Assembly (NCBI RefSeq): GCF_006345805.1
Contig: NC_043002.1
Coordinates: 92,814,001 to 92,878,000 of the forward strand
Length of the DNA: 64,000 nt
Direction: 5' to 3'
From: Octopus sinensis
Taxonomy: Eukaryota
Below the pieces are notes generated by a model, which had not been told where the DNA came from, did no database searches, and was given only the letters and a program-made list of their open reading frames with translations. Below are positions 61,740 to 64,000 of the stretch, piece after piece. Position numbers and translations under genes: made by a program. The first letter of the stretch is position 1. Each line of letters opens with the position of its first letter.

Positions 61740-64000
61740 TCCATTTTTAATTATTATAAATCTTCCGCTGAGGAGAGAGCCGGTTTCCAACAAAGATACA
61801 AGCCTTCATCTTTGGGATGTAGTTAACACAGTCAAATTCACATTTGGAACTCGAGAAAAGTCTTGCATATTTTTACTGTTCCACTCACAGATTGGACTTG
61901 TAATATACGAATCAGCCGGTCAATTTCTTTCTGAAAATCTCCGTTTATCCAGATTCTCCTTTAAGCATTTACTAACAGAGCTTAGTGCTCCAATTATTAT
62001 TGGTATGAATATGAATTCAAAGTCTGGATATAAACTCTGAAGGTTTCGAAGCAGTTGTCAATAAATATCCTCTTTTTCTTTGATTTTCAAAGAGATATTT
62101 ATATCTGTAGGGCAGCTGGCCTCTATGATGATATATACCTTTGCACCTCTGTCCCAAACAACAATATCCGGCATGTTATGCTTACATTTGACAGAAGTTT
62201 TGATGGGAATATTCCACCAGTATTCCTTAAGTTGGTGCTTATGAATGTATTCCATAACAGAGGAATTTTCTAAGTTTATCTCAGGACAGTCTTTTTGGTG
62301 GATGGCATTGTAAATTGTTTTAGCAACAACATCATACCGCACAGGGAAGTAGTACCGTGACGAAAGTTTAGGACAGCTGCTAATCACATTCTACAGCAAC
62401 ATGGCATAGCCTACACATACGGTTTACAAGAGTGTCACTGTCTCTCTTGTTCACCAGGTACCTTGTGGCAATGTCCTGTTCCTGGATTGCAAACGCCTTC
62501 AAAGTATGATGTGATGTAGTGGTCTTGTCGCCAAGATAGGCTGCGCTTCGTGTCAATTCTGTCTTCTTTAAGCTTCCGGGCCACATACCCATGCATGGTC
62601 TTATTTTTTTGTATACTGAGTGCTTTCCATCCAGGTCATCTCTGAGGTAAGAGAGCCCAGCTGTTTGGGAGCTGCATAAGAGATCATCAGGAAGAGAGTG
62701 TTTCTTGAGGAGTTCGCTACCAACTCTTACAATGTTGCTCACTTCACTTTTCAGGACTACATTAATATATTCATTTATGCTGCTGTTGTTTATCAGGTGC
62801 TGCCTGAATGCTGCCATGCGGTATTCGAAGGCCATCTGCACTGATCTCAGACCTCTACCACCTTCGTTTCTTCTTAGGTAGAACCTGTCAACATCACTGT
62901 TTCTGTGGAAGTTCCCAGTTGCCAGGGTTTTGCGGGTTTTGATATCTATGGAGTAGATTTCCTCTACAGACCAATCAAGTATTCCAAATGTTGGGATCAG
63001 TACTGGTACTGCAAATGCATTGTGGGATATTGTTTTGTTGTTAGAGGAGGGTTCCGACTACCATATTTTCCTAAGACTGGTGTCACTCTATCTTTATTCA
63101 CAGTGCTCTCATAAAACACATTTTCATTTATGCCTAGGTACTTGTAACATTCTCTGTGTGGAGTGAGGGAAATAGAAAGACCGTTGATGCACAGGTTTTG
63201 GGTTTGGTGGACTGACTTTCCTCATTCTATAACCAAATATGAACATTTCTTTTGGCCAAATTCCATGCCTATATCAGCTGAATATGTTATTAATTCCAGT
63301 TGTTTTTTGGCATTGTTAATACTTTTAGCATAAATCTTCAGGTCGTCTACAAAGAAATTATGAGTTACATTGGTATTTCTAGCAGTTGAAGAGCCGAGCA
63401 TGTAACCATTTGTTTTCTGCGGGAGGAACGATAATGGATTCAGTGCTAAAAAGAAAAGAAGTACAGAAAGACTATCTCCCTGGAATATTCCCTTTGTAAT
63501 GCCTATGCTATTAGAAACAGTTATTCTCTTCTCAGTTGTAAGGGTAAGTATAGTTGTGCATGTCTTTGTGGGTCTCTCTATAGCAGCAATTAATGTAGTG
63601 TGTACCTTTGGCAGATGTAGGCACTTCAACAGCCATGAATGAGGGATAAAGTCAAATGCCTTCTTATAGTCAAGCCCTACTGTCATAAGGTTTTGCGTTG
63701 TTTTCTTACTTCAGACAACAAAGCTTTGTTTATTAAAAGTTGTTCGGCACATCCCCACACTCCCTTCTTTCCACCAACCCGTTTATCAGTCACAATGTTG
63801 TTCGACTCACAATGGTCCTGGAGGAATTGGTTCTGGCAACTTGTGTACAGTTTGTACATAATGTTTAGGCAAACAGTGAGCCTGTATTTTCCTGCCATCT
63901 CCGTGATTTCATTTTTGGCAACAAGATTTGTCCCTGCAGTAGCAAGCTAATTTGGTATATCAGTCAGATCTTCCATAGTCCTTTTGAACATACATATCAA
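61740..64000 (-). mobile_element. R4/Dong-like LINE subfamily B (RT, CCHC, REL endonuclease, 3' UTR); continues beyond the window
   Basis: LDYKKAFD..PH, GIFQGDSLS, FFVDDLK, CRLC..ISSC, KHNMPDIVVWD...IIEASCP; frameshifted; 3' end abuts (TACA)n at 61640-61737. Confidence 0.95.

Overview
AT-rich eukaryotic genomic DNA, most likely from a coleoid cephalopod (Octopus). This is inferred from dense tRNA-derived SINE families resembling the published octopus OR/OK retroposons and extreme microsatellite density ((TA)n, (CA)n, (TACA)n, (TATC)n, (TAA)n, (GAT)n). I found no host protein-coding exon I can support, so the window looks intronic or intergenic, and almost all ORF-track entries are translated microsatellites. 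The recognisable content is transposon debris. Retroelements: about 30 SINE copies from at least 4 families, R4/Dong-like REL-endonuclease LINEs, RTE, CR1/L2 and Tx1-like fragments, and Penelope-like elements (RT, GIY-YIG, and a minimal hammerhead ribozyme motif). DNA elements: Tc1, mariner, pogo, piggyBac and hAT-like elements or MITEs, and Helitron-like elements. Also present are two satellites, a ~1.9-kb tandem duplication and a 100-N gap. Most notable: (1) a SINE that inserts as head+tandem-body dimers with an identical palindromic junction at independent loci; (2) a minimal hammerhead with a U4C core variant; (3) R4-like LINE families whose junctions fall in (TACA)n versus (TAA)n; (4) an unidentified ~260-bp GC-rich segment fused to a SINE tail and poly(A), with a fold-back junction; (5) a 115-bp-arm fold-back; (6) a telomere-like/G-rich MITE. 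Coordinates of degraded elements are approximate.
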